Positions 9,923-19,390 are shown, numbered from the stretch's first letter. The stretch: DNA of 64,000 nucleotides from Deltaproteobacteria bacterium (GCA_015494395.1 WGBG01000180.1:10329-74328); one strand, 5' to 3'. Numbers and translations are program-made. The notes: generated from the sequence alone by a model not told the origin.

Positions 9923-9952
9923 ATTGTATGTGAGGTGAGTACTGTAGGTCAA
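9923..9952 (-). promoter_or_regulatory. candidate sigma-70 promoter for the NusG-like/sugar operon
   Basis: The minus strand reads TTGACC (9952..9947), an 18-nt spacer, then TACAAT (9928..9923). This implies a ~270-nt 5' leader before ATG 9643. Confidence 0.45.
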
Positions 9953-10033
9953 GGGGTTTTTTCGATGCTCGAAATAATTTTTTATCTTATCACATTGTAA
10001 ATCTCTACGCATACAAGGCTTGAAATGCCATAC

Positions 10034-12145
10034 TCAGGAAGCAGCGATTTCTTGAAGCTGCTGTCTTAACTCAATGGCCTTATTCTTCTCAGGAAACGGG
10101 ACAGGTTGTTCAAGCGCCTTTTTGATTGCCTCAAGCGCAGCACTGTTCCTCCCGCTTTCCTTAAGCAGCACTGCCTGGTGATACAGCAGGGTAGGGTTGT
10201 CAGGGGATGCGGCAAGGGCCTGGTTGATGAGTTCAATAGCCTTTTCAGAATTGCCTGACCTGTATTCTATCCAAGCCAATGTGTCCAGAAATGTTGGTGG
10301 CGGGTTGTTAAGTCCTTTAAGTGCCTTATTTATGAGAGTGCGTGCCTCTTCAATCCTGGCTGGTGCAGAGTCTGCAATGAGAAATGCCAGATTGTTTAAA
10401 AGAATTGCTGAGTCTGGATGTTTTTTAATGAGATTTTCGTAAATTTCAATGGCCTTTTCTGGCTTGCCCGTCTGTTCATATAGGGAAGCCAGGAGGATTT
10501 TGGGGCCTGGCGCATCAGGGTATAGTTTGGCCGCCTCCTTAAATGTCTTTTCCGCCTCTGCAGGATCGCCTGCCTGAAGTTTCAGACTAGCAAGATTTCT
10601 GTAAGGTATGAGCCATTCAGGTTGCAGTTCCATGGCCTTTCTGAAATTTTTTTCCGCACCCTTAATGTCTCCTGCCTTCCACAGCAACATACCATTAAGA
10701 TTATATAGTGCTGCTGAATTTGGAATGTGTCCCATGGCTTCAGACACCACGCCTGATGCAGATGCAAGATCTTTTTGAGCAAGTTTCAGTTTTGTCAGGG
10801 CAATCCAGAGATTTTTATTCTCAGGGTGTTTCTTAATGGTTCTTCGAAGCTGGTCTTCAGCAAGTTTGAACTCGCCATTCATGGCGTGTGCCTGGGCAAG
10901 AAGCATCTGGAATGTGATATTATCAGGTTCTTCTTCAACAAGTCTTCGCAGTATGCTTACTGCCTGCTCACCATCTTTCTCCAAAAGCGCTATTTTTGCC
11001 TGAATGCTTAAAGCGGTAAGATCATTTGGATTTTCCTTAAACACCTCTTCTGTGATTTTAAGGGCCTTGTCCATCTTTCCGAGGCTAAGGTTGATACTTG
11101 CCTCTTCATCTAGCAAAGCTATGCGTTGGGGCTTTTCCAGTGAATCAGAGTAACCTGTTTCTAGAAGTTTTAGTGCTTCATCTCCCCGTCTGGTGCCGGC
11201 AAGAAGTTTTGCAAGGGCAACACGGAGTTTTATATCATCCTTTTTAAGGGTGAGCCTTTCTCTCAAGAATTTTTCAGCCTTCTCAATCTTCTTATTGTCG
11301 GCAAGGAACTGTGCATATCGTAGAAGGATATCTGTGTTCTCAGGAGCTGCTTTAATTGCCTTTTCCCACTGTTTTTCTGCATTTTCCAGGTCTCCCTTTT
11401 TTGCATAGAGCTGCGCAAGGGTGAGATATGAGGCAACAGGTGTGTTAGCGCCGGGTGCAGACTGGTAGTAGAGCTCTGCATAATGAATTGCCTTGTCCCA
11501 ATCGCCGGTAGCCGCATAGATTCCAATAAATGTTTGATATAAAGCGGATTTTTCCCGTACCTTTTTAATACCTGTTTCAAGTAGATGGAGTGCTTCCTGG
11601 TATTTTTTTTCTGATGCAAGGAGCCTTGCAGCCAGTGCGTAACCTTCAGGTTTGTCCGGATGGGAGGAGCGTACTTTTTCAAATTCCCTGTACGCCTCCT
11701 CTTTTTTGTTTTTCTGCATGGCGAGGGAGATGGCAAGTATAACCCTGGCATCAAAGTTGTCAGGCTCTTTCTCGAGGATCTCCCGGGCTATTTCTTCAGC
11801 CTTTTTACCTGCCCTGCCCATGATAAGTATTTTCCCAATCGCAATCTTTATCTCTATGTTATCCGGGGCAAGTTCAGATGCCTTTACAAATGCTGCGTAA
11901 GCGTCTCTGACATTCTTCAGTTCAAGCTCTACATTGCCAAGACGCTTCAGGCATTCAACACATTTTGGATCTACCTGCACAGCATTTTTGTACTCAAGCC
12001 TTGCCTTAATAAGGTCGCCGCTCTGTTCAAATTTCTGTCCATTTTCTAGAAAATTATTGCGTTTCTCTTCCGGGGAAGAACAAGAAGTGAGGCCTATAAC
12101 AGCAACTATGGAAAAAATATATAAAATTTTGGAAAACTTAGTCAT
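10034..12145 (-). CDS. PEP-CTERM system TPR-repeat lipoprotein (PrsT-like)
   Basis: TPR repeats run throughout. From ATG 12145 the N-terminus is MTKFSKILYIFSIVAVIGLTSCSS (lipobox LTSC), preceded by GAGGAGAG. The longer ORF to 12229 would overlap the upstream gene by 92 nt. Confidence 0.8.
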   Translation of the reverse strand: MTKFSKILYIFSIVAVIGLTSCSSPEEKRNNFLENGQKFEQSGDLIKARLEYKNAVQVDPKCVECLKRLGNVELELKNVRDAYAAFVKASELAPDNIEIKIAIGKILIMGRAGKKAEEIAREILEKEPDNFDARVILAISLAMQKNKKEEAYREFEKVRSSHPDKPEGYALAARLLASEKKYQEALHLLETGIKKVREKSALYQTFIGIYAATGDWDKAIHYAELYYQSAPGANTPVASYLTLAQLYAKKGDLENAEKQWEKAIKAAPENTDILLRYAQFLADNKKIEKAEKFLRERLTLKKDDIKLRVALAKLLAGTRRGDEALKLLETGYSDSLEKPQRIALLDEEASINLSLGKMDKALKITEEVFKENPNDLTALSIQAKIALLEKDGEQAVSILRRLVEEEPDNITFQMLLAQAHAMNGEFKLAEDQLRRTIKKHPENKNLWIALTKLKLAQKDLASASGVVSEAMGHIPNSAALYNLNGMLLWKAGDIKGAEKNFRKAMELQPEWLIPYRNLASLKLQAGDPAEAEKTFKEAAKLYPDAPGPKILLASLYEQTGKPEKAIEIYENLIKKHPDSAILLNNLAFLIADSAPARIEEARTLINKALKGLNNPPPTFLDTLAWIEYRSGNSEKAIELINQALAASPDNPTLLYHQAVLLKESGRNSAALEAIKKALEQPVPFPEKNKAIELRQQLQEIAAS

Positions 12146-13451
12146 GGTCTCTCCTCGTACTGAATATTTTTGAAAGAAGGGTCTTTCGTTGTTGGGATGA
12201 TGGCTCTTCCGCAGGGGGATCAAATTCACCTATGCTGTAAGGCTCAGGCTGAGATTCTTGCGCGATCTGCTGCTGTTCCACTTTACTCAGTAGCATTTTA
12301 AGCTTTTTTTGAAGATTTTTTCGGTCTGCCGCAAGGGAAATTACCTTTTTCTGTTCCCGGTCAAGCAGTTCTTTAAGTATCTTCTTGCTGGCAAGTTCTC
12401 TTATTTCCTCATGACTCTTGTCAATAAGCCTTTCGTTTACCAGCCTGCTTAATACCTGAACAGTTTTTTCAAGTTCTGAAACACGGTTTTGAAGATCAGA
12501 CAGCTGATCTGCCGAAAATCCCTGCATGGCAGGTCCTGCTTGATTTGCAGGTGCCTTTGGCGGTGGCACATCTCCAATATTCTCCCTGTTCGTGGCCGGT
12601 TGTTTTGCAAGAGACTGGGATGATGCGATCTGCCAGAAGTTACCAGCTCCGTCACCTTTTATAGTATCTGTCACAATACTCCTGGTTACTGGTTTAACCT
12701 GGTCGGCAAACGCATTTACCAGACACGCGTCACAAAGCAGGTTGATAAGACGCGGGAAACCAAGGGTCTGTGTGTATATCTCTTCCAGGGCATCCTCGGA
12801 AAAACAGGACCCTACGTCATCACAGCCTGAGACCTTTAGGCGGTGGGCAATGTATTCCTCTGTTTCCTTTTCGGTAAGGGGATTGATATGGTAGTGTACG
12901 GAGATTCGCTGTGCTAGCTGTCTTAAGGAGTGGTGAGTTAGTTTGTATTTTAGTTCCGGCTGTCCAACCAGAAAGATATGAACAAGATAGTCCTTGGTGG
13001 TCTGGAAATTTGAGAGCAGTCGTATCTCCTCAAGAGTTTCCATGGAAAGGTTCTGTGCCTCATCAACTATTAGTACCGCCTTTTTCCCCTTGGTATAGAT
13101 GTCGATGAGGAATGACTTGAGCTTATCAAGTTTCTGAGTATGGGTTTCGTTCTCGTTCCACGGAAGTTCATAATCATCAAGGATTAGGTTAAGAAATTCT
13201 TCTGCTCCAACTGTAGTATTGAATATTGATGCGACAACAGTATCCTCTGCCATGCGTCTGAGCATGGTCTTTACAAGAGTGGTTTTGCCTGTACCTATTT
13301 CACCGGTAATAACGATAAAACCTGCCTGGTGGCTAAGGCCATATTCCAGGTGGACAAGGGCAAGTTTGTGCTGCTGGCTTAAAAAGAGAAATTCCGGATC
13401 AGGAGGGAGTTTGAACGGGCACTCCTTGAGTTTGAAAAAAGATTCATACAT
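12138..13451 (-). CDS. PEP-CTERM/EPS-associated AAA ATPase (ExeA/GspA-like)
   Basis: Walker A (GEIGTGKTT) and Walker B (VLIVDEAQ). ExeA-like N-terminus MYESFFKLKECPFKLPPDPEFLFLS. Confidence 0.8.
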   Translation of the reverse strand: MYESFFKLKECPFKLPPDPEFLFLSQQHKLALVHLEYGLSHQAGFIVITGEIGTGKTTLVKTMLRRMAEDTVVASIFNTTVGAEEFLNLILDDYELPWNENETHTQKLDKLKSFLIDIYTKGKKAVLIVDEAQNLSMETLEEIRLLSNFQTTKDYLVHIFLVGQPELKYKLTHHSLRQLAQRISVHYHINPLTEKETEEYIAHRLKVSGCDDVGSCFSEDALEEIYTQTLGFPRLINLLCDACLVNAFADQVKPVTRSIVTDTIKGDGAGNFWQIASSQSLAKQPATNRENIGDVPPPKAPANQAGPAMQGFSADQLSDLQNRVSELEKTVQVLSRLVNERLIDKSHEEIRELASKKILKELLDREQKKVISLAADRKNLQKKLKMLLSKVEQQQIAQESQPEPYSIGEFDPPAEEPSSQQRKTLLSKIFSTRRDHD

Positions 13452-13603
13452 GGATTAATTATTGTTGGCTATATGAGGATTTTGATGGCAAGGGAGGTAC
13501 AGTAAGGCGGCAGTACCGTGAATTTTCAAAATTTGAGAATTCTAATTGCTGTAACTCCCTTTAATTTTAGCAAGAAAACCATGTTTTGAAACGCTGCTAC
13601 AGG
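13452..13603 (+). repeat. family B element, degenerate long-variant copy (B0), abutting the ATPase start codon
   Basis: Shares ttggctatatg..gg.., cagtaa..cggca, taactccctttaattt and gttttgaaacgct with the other B copies. The termini are degraded. Confidence 0.5.
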
Positions 13604-13612
13604 ATAAAGAAA

Positions 13613-13751
13613 CCTAGATTGAGCGATTGTCGGATATGCAGTAAATACGGCAATCCCGAAGGGTTTCAAAACTGGAAAGCTATAATTGACATAACTCCCT
13701 TTAATTTCATTGAAAAAACATTTTTTCAGATTTTGAAACGCTCAATCTAGG
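13613..13751 (+). mobile_element. family B MITE, short form (B1)
   Basis: Perfect 13-bp terminal inverted repeat CCTAGATTGAGCG / CGCTCAATCTAGG. Flanked by the 5-bp direct repeat AGAAA (13608..13612 and 13752..13756). Confidence 0.8.
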
Positions 13752-13782
13752 AGAAAGTTTTTTGATACGAATGCGTTTCAGG

Positions 13783-14667
13783 TCAATAACCCCTGTAATC
13801 ATAAGAAGGGCAGTATCGTGCCGGTACGCGGTTCAGTGCAATACCAAGAAGGTTTGTATGGCTTATCTCCTCCATTGCCTTGTCCAGTTCTTCCTCCTTG
13901 CTCTTGCAGCTTCTTACCACCATAAGGGCAGTATCTGCATAACGGGCAAGATAAAGACCGTCTGAAAAGAGATTAAGCGGCGGGCTGTCAAATATAACCA
14001 GCCGTTCAGGATAGCGGTTTTTTATGTCAGTGACAAAATCATGCATTGCCGGACTACCAAGGAGGTCCGCCGGGTAGTCTGAAGGGGTTCCGGCAGTAAG
14101 AATGGTGAGCCTTGGTATTCCGGGGTTTATAAGCAGCTCGTTTAGAGGTGTGCCCTTTGTGAGATGTTCAAACAATCCTGCCTCTGCCTCAATTCCCATA
14201 TATTTATGAATGGCAGGCTTGCGCATGTCTGCGTCAACCAGAAGGACTGTCCTGGATGTCTCCCTGGCAATACTTATGGCGAGGTTTATCGCAGTTATGG
14301 TCTTTCCCTCCTTGGGGCCAGGGCTGCATACCATAATGGATCTGGCATCATTTTCCTTCATGGCCGTCTCAATTTTCACCCTGAGCAGGTTGTACTGCTC
14401 TATAATTATTTCCGGACAATCTGTAGTGAGTATCCCGTGCTTTTCAAGCACCGCCTTGTCAGCCGGGGTTACCCTGGTCTGGGTGTACACAGGCTCTATG
14501 TGTCCCGGTCTTGCAGCACATGCTGTTTTGACCTTGGGTGTATCTTCAGCCTGTGTTTTCTGAGGCGCAGGTGTAACTGGTGTGGTTTCTTTAGTAGTTT
14601 CTGAAGCAGGGGAGTCCTCGCCGCGCGCCTGCTGTGCCATCTCCAGTGCCTTTTCTAGCTTGCTCAT
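13783..14667 (-). CDS. EPS/PEP-CTERM locus tyrosine autokinase (BY-kinase, CpsD/EpsG-like)
   Basis: Walker A (SPGPKEGKT), Walker A'-like VLLVDADMRKP, and a Tyr-rich C-terminal tail (YCPSYDYRGY). Confidence 0.8.
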   Translation of the reverse strand: MSKLEKALEMAQQARGEDSPASETTKETTPVTPAPQKTQAEDTPKVKTACAARPGHIEPVYTQTRVTPADKAVLEKHGILTTDCPEIIIEQYNLLRVKIETAMKENDARSIMVCSPGPKEGKTITAINLAISIARETSRTVLLVDADMRKPAIHKYMGIEAEAGLFEHLTKGTPLNELLINPGIPRLTILTAGTPSDYPADLLGSPAMHDFVTDIKNRYPERLVIFDSPPLNLFSDGLYLARYADTALMVVRSCKSKEEELDKAMEEISHTNLLGIALNRVPARYCPSYDYRGY

Positions 14668-14668
14668 T

Positions 14669-16300
14669 TTATTTTTTCCCTTTTACTTCGTCTGCATTCA
14701 ATATGGAAACCAGAGGTGACCGGCCAGTTATGCGTTTAATGTCTGCCGGTGTGCGAATGGTGGTGTCTGCCATTTCAACAATGGAGGCGATACCAATTCC
14801 TATGCCAATACCAAGCACCAAACCAATCAGAATAATCGCAATGCGGTTGGGTTTGACCGGTTTTTCAGGAAGCTGAGGAGGATCAATTACAGTGAATTTT
14901 TCACTTGCCTGGCGTTGTTCAAGTGTCTGCCCCTGCTTGGCCTCCATGAGTTTTGCAGTTATCTGCTTGTATTCTGCCTGCGCAGTCTCATAATCCCTGT
15001 TAAGTTCCCGGTATTCCCGCTCCACCTCAGGCATCTTTTCAAGCCGCTTTATGTATTCTTCCCATTTTTGGGTAAGGTCCTTCTTCCTTGCCTCAAGTCC
15101 TGCCAGTTCGATCTTGGCTGCCTTGATCTGTGTCTGAAGGTTGATGTAAGCCGGATTGTCCGGTTTGCCCACATAGGTTGAGCTTGAGGATGCCGAAGCA
15201 GGAAGAGATGCAATTTTTTTCTTAAGCTCGCTAATCTCCTGCTTGAGTTTTACAATGTCCGGATGTTTGTCTTTCAGGTCCGCGGATTTTTTCTTGAGGT
15301 CTTCCTCTTTGAGTTTCAGAAGGTCAATAAGCTCCTGCCTGTTCTGGGTATTTCCGACTTCCTTCTCAAGATTTGCAATTTCCTGCCTCAATTTGATCAG
15401 GTCAGGATGCCTGGGAGACAGGTTCGCCTCCATGCTTATCTCCTGGCTCCTCAGCATCTTTAGCTTTTGTACCGGATCGGTAATAATCTGGCCGGTAGGA
15501 CCCTGTACTGTGATGTCAGGAGACACTGTGGCAAGCTGTCCCTGAAGATAGACAAGGCGGTTCTTTGCCTGTCTGATCTGTGAGTCAATATCGTCAATCT
15601 GCTGCCGTAGCTGCCGTTCTGTCTGGAGGTTCAGCCCCATGAGTTCAGGCAGCTCAGTAATATGCTTTTGCTTGAATGCAGCAATTTTTGTCTCAAGCTC
15701 CTGTGTGCGTTTGCGGTAAACCTTTGCCTGGTCTTCAAGGAAGCTGGTGGCTGTCTGGGCAAGCTCTTCCCTCATCTTGAGGTTGTGTTCAAGGAAGAGA
15801 GAGGTAAGTCTGTTTGTTACCTGCATGACCTTCCTCGGGTCTGTGCCCTCAAAGGAGACTGTAAAGGCAACATTAACCGTAACTGCCCGACCACTTCTTC
15901 TGTCTGGTACTTCCGCACTGATCATCTCAACAGAGATGTCATCGCGCATCTTGTCAATAATTTCCTCTGTGGTGAGTTTTTCGCGTTCTTCCGGGTAGAG
16001 GTTAAAATCCTTGATAATTTTGAGAAGTACCTGTCTGCTAAGAATCTGTGCGCTGATTGCCTTGATGCGTTCTTCTGCAAAACCGGTAACAGTAGTACGA
16101 ACCAGGTCTTGGGGAACCTGCTGTGATTCAATGAGTATGGTGGATGATGAGCGGTAAACCGGCGGAAGGAGATAGGCTATGGCAACGGCTATGCCAACGC
16201 AGATGAAAAGCGGAAGCAGAATGTGCCATTTTCGCCTGTAAAGAAACTGTTTATAATCATCAAGAGTGGAAAAAGCTTCCTGGTTTTGTTCCTGTTTCAT
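14669..16300 (-). CDS. polysaccharide chain-length determinant protein (Wzz/PCP, PEP-CTERM locus subfamily)
   Basis: N- and C-terminal TM helices flank a long coiled-coil periplasmic region. The gene lies immediately upstream of the BY-kinase. Confidence 0.8.
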   Translation of the reverse strand: MKQEQNQEAFSTLDDYKQFLYRRKWHILLPLFICVGIAVAIAYLLPPVYRSSSTILIESQQVPQDLVRTTVTGFAEERIKAISAQILSRQVLLKIIKDFNLYPEEREKLTTEEIIDKMRDDISVEMISAEVPDRRSGRAVTVNVAFTVSFEGTDPRKVMQVTNRLTSLFLEHNLKMREELAQTATSFLEDQAKVYRKRTQELETKIAAFKQKHITELPELMGLNLQTERQLRQQIDDIDSQIRQAKNRLVYLQGQLATVSPDITVQGPTGQIITDPVQKLKMLRSQEISMEANLSPRHPDLIKLRQEIANLEKEVGNTQNRQELIDLLKLKEEDLKKKSADLKDKHPDIVKLKQEISELKKKIASLPASASSSSTYVGKPDNPAYINLQTQIKAAKIELAGLEARKKDLTQKWEEYIKRLEKMPEVEREYRELNRDYETAQAEYKQITAKLMEAKQGQTLEQRQASEKFTVIDPPQLPEKPVKPNRIAIILIGLVLGIGIGIGIASIVEMADTTIRTPADIKRITGRSPLVSILNADEVKGKK

Positions 16301-16331
16301 GATATGGATCCCTTGAACTATAAATGCTTAT

Positions 16332-17591
16332 TTAAAAGTTTAGGTGAAGATTGAAGTCCTTGATGTCTATCCTGAACATGATCCTGTTACGGTCCCTGTT
16401 GTTGTTATCATGTTCATTGTCATCAATATATTGATAGCTGTACTGGATGCCAACATCAATGTACCGGGTCAGTTGATATGTAAGGGTTGGAAAAACCGAG
16501 TACGTGTAGTAATCCTGGTCGTAGGTGAGGTTCTGGGACTTTATGTGGGATATAGCACCCCTGATTCTGCTTCTTAGCCTTTCTGTAAGGCGCCAGTTAA
16601 AAACAGTTGTCAGGTAGGAGCTTACCACAGGCTCTCCATAACTGCTGGGGGTGACTCTACGTTTGAAGTCTGCGTCTATATCTCCTCTGTCAAACAGCCA
16701 TTTCAGTTCAGCCTCGGCCACCCATCCCCAGTAGTGGTCATTTTGAGTTTCCGTGCGTGTATGAAAAAGGTAGTCTGTTCCTGTCCAGATAATTTCATCC
16801 ACCACAACAATATCTGTTTTTGCATCTGTGTAGTTGACCCCCCCAAGGGCCTTGACATACAGGCGTTCTGTGAAATTCCGTTCAAGGCCGAACATCAGGT
16901 CTGCACTGCGGTAGTCCCCTGTGTCAAAATTCATCTTGCCGATGTCAGGGCGTATAAAGAGCCTGGTCTTCTGGTCTGAAAACAGGTATGAGTAGTTTAT
17001 GTAAAAATAGAGGGTGTCATAATCCACGCTGCCGTGATGGTATTTGCCCCAGTCATAGTCAACCTTGTACCATGGTAATGAGGCAGAAACAGTACTTCTT
17101 TCCGTTAACTTCCACTCCACCTCCGGCGAGGCAGCATATACCAGCCGGTCCTGACGCCGTACAAGCTGTCCGGTTTCTGTGAGGGTCTGATCAAGGGTTG
17201 TGTCATCAGCAAATCTGCCAGTAAAAGAAAATGCCAGCCTTTCTGTCTGCTGTCTTCTGGCTGAAAGGTTAACATCCACGTCAAAGGTGTCCAAATCGTT
17301 TTCTGTGTTGTAATGTTGTCCTTGCCCATTGGTTTTGAGGTCAACCGTGTTTCTGGCATCCTGGTACTTTATATCAATGCCTGGGAGAATTTCATAAATC
17401 CAGTCGTCTATGGGCTTGCGTTTGGTGAAGATGATGTTGTCATCATAGGTCAGGCGGGTGCCAAGGGATGGCCTTATGGTGGTAAGCCCGGCCAGTGATA
17501 TCCGAGATTGGCCTGAAACAATCATAAAGGCAATGAAAAAAATTATTAATGTCTGGCTGGCCAAGTATTCTTTGGTGTAGGAATGGCGCAT
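16332..17591 (-). CDS. PEP-CTERM-associated outer-membrane beta-barrel protein
   Basis: Signal peptide, an alternating aromatic/hydrophilic beta-strand pattern rich in Y/D/T, and a terminal F. It sits between the export gene and the chain-length gene. Confidence 0.6.
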   Translation of the reverse strand: MRHSYTKEYLASQTLIIFFIAFMIVSGQSRISLAGLTTIRPSLGTRLTYDDNIIFTKRKPIDDWIYEILPGIDIKYQDARNTVDLKTNGQGQHYNTENDLDTFDVDVNLSARRQQTERLAFSFTGRFADDTTLDQTLTETGQLVRRQDRLVYAASPEVEWKLTERSTVSASLPWYKVDYDWGKYHHGSVDYDTLYFYINYSYLFSDQKTRLFIRPDIGKMNFDTGDYRSADLMFGLERNFTERLYVKALGGVNYTDAKTDIVVVDEIIWTGTDYLFHTRTETQNDHYWGWVAEAELKWLFDRGDIDADFKRRVTPSSYGEPVVSSYLTTVFNWRLTERLRSRIRGAISHIKSQNLTYDQDYYTYSVFPTLTYQLTRYIDVGIQYSYQYIDDNEHDNNNRDRNRIMFRIDIKDFNLHLNF

Positions 17592-17623
17592 GATTATATC
17601 ATCGTGGTAAAAGTTTAGTAAAA

Positions 17624-17642
17624 TCTAAATTGAGCGATTGTG
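17624..17642 (+). repeat. possible solo left terminus of family B (B2)
   Basis: tctaaattgagcgattgtg resembles the B left end cctagattgagcgattgtc. No right end is present. Confidence 0.3.
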
Positions 17643-17655
17643 AAACATACTCTAA

Positions 17656-18240
17656 TTACGGCACCAGAACAACGTCTCCACTTTGTAGTTCGATATTCTG
17701 TTCCAGATTTTTTCCACTTGCTATGTCATTGTAATCAAAATCTATTTTTGTTTCACCAGATGCAGTGTGACGAATTATTACAATGTCACTGAGGTCAGCA
17801 AATGGATTGGTGCCACCTGCCATACTCAGTGCCTGAAGTACGGTAACCCTTGGAAGCACTACGAACATCCCTGGTTTGTTGACCTTGCCTATTACATATA
17901 TCTTGTATGACTCAATTTTGACAGGGGTAACGGTAACAATTGGATTTGACATGTAGTCAGACAGGCGTTTAGTGATTTCCTGTCTTATTTGGGAAACTGA
18001 CTGGCCAGCTGCCTGTATTTCACCTATTAGAGGGAAACTTATGAAACCATCAGGCTGAACAATTATCTGTCTTGTGAGATCCTGATCCTTCCAAACAGAA
18101 ATTTCAATTACATCCCCCGGTCCTAGCTGAAAATCTTCTGTTTTAGAAGCAACTGCAGATGACGATGTTGATAAGACCATGACAGTTGTAAGAAGAAGGA
18201 TAAGTTTCCCAAGCAAGTACGATTGGCTGTTAGTGTTCAT
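17656..18240 (-). CDS. polysaccharide export protein (Wza/EpsE-like, PEP-CTERM-associated)
   Basis: Signal peptide, a poly_export-type block (YQLGPGDVIEISVW), and an SLBB-like C-terminus. A GGAGGG RBS precedes the ATG. Confidence 0.8.
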   Translation of the reverse strand: MNTNSQSYLLGKLILLLTTVMVLSTSSSAVASKTEDFQLGPGDVIEISVWKDQDLTRQIIVQPDGFISFPLIGEIQAAGQSVSQIRQEITKRLSDYMSNPIVTVTPVKIESYKIYVIGKVNKPGMFVVLPRVTVLQALSMAGGTNPFADLSDIVIIRHTASGETKIDFDYNDIASGKNLEQNIELQSGDVVLVP

Positions 18241-18353
18241 TTTATTTAACCCTCCAAGAAGTTAATATTAATGTATAATTATCTTATTATAAATCATAAT
18301 CTTTTTAAAATGAACTTAAAAATCATTCTTATAATTAAAATTCAAAGTAAATC

Positions 18354-18577
18354 GTATCTATTCAGCGTGATAAATGGTCTTGTTTTGGAGTGACTATGAA
18401 GAATCTCGTAGTTTTTATTAGCGAAGCGTAGTCATAAAATCGCGTCTATACTGAGAGTGGAACCAGTGAGTTCCTCGATTTTGGCTTAAGCGAGCCCTGG
18501 AAAATAAGAAATTATTCACTTGAGTGGAAAAACAAGACCTCTTACCAACTTTCGTTATTTATATGCTGAACAATTAC
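18354..18577 (+). mobile_element. family A MITE, full length (A1)
   Basis: Ends are GTATCTATTCAGCG..GGTCTTGTTTT and AAAACAAGACC..GCTGAACAATTAC. Perfect 8-bp target duplication AGTAAATC (18346..18353 and 18578..18585). Confidence 0.85.
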
Positions 18578-18763
18578 AGTAAATCATGGTTAGCTTAACT
18601 GTGACATGATCAAGCGATCATTCATGTTCCCTTTAGATACGAGGTTTGGGGACAGTTCTATTTTTTATACTATCGGAAAATATACTGATGACTGAAATAA
18701 AAATAGCACGAACTAAAATTGATGAGGAAATGGAAGGTAGGGGTGAAGTAAGGTTAGTCTAGA

Positions 18764-18794
18764 TAAAAAAAGGGGGATATAAAATCCCCCTTTT
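18764..18794 (-). terminator. Rho-independent terminator after the PEP-CTERM protein operon
   Basis: AGGGGGAT (18771..18778) pairs with ATCCCCCT (18784..18791) around a 5-nt loop. On the minus strand a 7-T run follows. It lies 20 nt downstream of the stop at 18812. Confidence 0.7.
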
Positions 18795-18811
18795 AGTGTC
18801 ATGTTATGATG

Positions 18812-19390
18812 TTATGCTTTGCTTTTTTTAAATAATGCCAATCCTGCCAGACCAACGCCAAGCAGATAAATCGCTCCCGGAATTGGAACAGGCTGAGCGT
18901 CAACCTGAATCAGAAGGGCATCGAAACCGTACCAGGTTATGGCATGCTGTCCATATGCAGAGTCTAGTCCCAACGCATCGGCTACTGCTGTATTAAAACC
19001 TGGCAGCCAGCAACCACTTACTTTCATCGCAACCTGGAAGCGGTTGGACCCCTCAAGGATAACCCTTGGAGTATTGGGCATCCCTGCACGTCTTATGCCA
19101 AAGTCGTCTCCTACAGGTATTAACTCTATGCTATCCCATACTATGCCAAAGCCTGGATTGCCTTGAAGGATGAAATGGGGGTCGCTGTCCAGCAGGCTGG
19201 CCTGATCATCAAAGATTGCAATTTTGCCGTATATTTCATAGCCAGAATAGTTGATGTCAATGTTACCAGACTCTGTAGGCTCCCAAATGGTCCCTGGGCC
19301 CAATCCACCGCATGACGCAGATGCGCTGACAATCATTCCTGGAATGAGGAACAGCAGAGCTGACAGTACGGCTATACCTTTAATTTTCAT
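18812..19390 (-). CDS. secreted protein with PEP-CTERM-like (VPIPGA variant) C-terminal sorting signal
   Basis: Signal peptide. C-terminus is PVPIPGAIYLLGVGLAGLALFKKSKA (motif, TM helix, basic tail). AAGGAA RBS. Confidence 0.7.
   Translation of the reverse strand: MKIKGIAVLSALLFLIPGMIVSASASCGGLGPGTIWEPTESGNIDINYSGYEIYGKIAIFDDQASLLDSDPHFILQGNPGFGIVWDSIELIPVGDDFGIRRAGMPNTPRVILEGSNRFQVAMKVSGCWLPGFNTAVADALGLDSAYGQHAITWYGFDALLIQVDAQPVPIPGAIYLLGVGLAGLALFKKSKA

Noticed and set aside
12146-12229. The N-terminal extension of the TPR protein ORF (start at 12229). Similar extensions occur for the response regulator (to 29134), the glycine-zipper protein (47996) and the secreted protein (38084).
   Set aside because: Internal ATG codons with good Shine-Dalgarno motifs give canonical signal, lipoprotein or receiver N-termini. 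The extensions overlap upstream genes or repeats.
13684-13720. TTGACA inside family B (attgacataactccc..), considered as an outward-facing -35 element that could make the MITE a mobile promoter.
   Set aside because: No acceptable -10 hexamer lies at 16-18 bp in any copy. The downstream sequence differs between copies.
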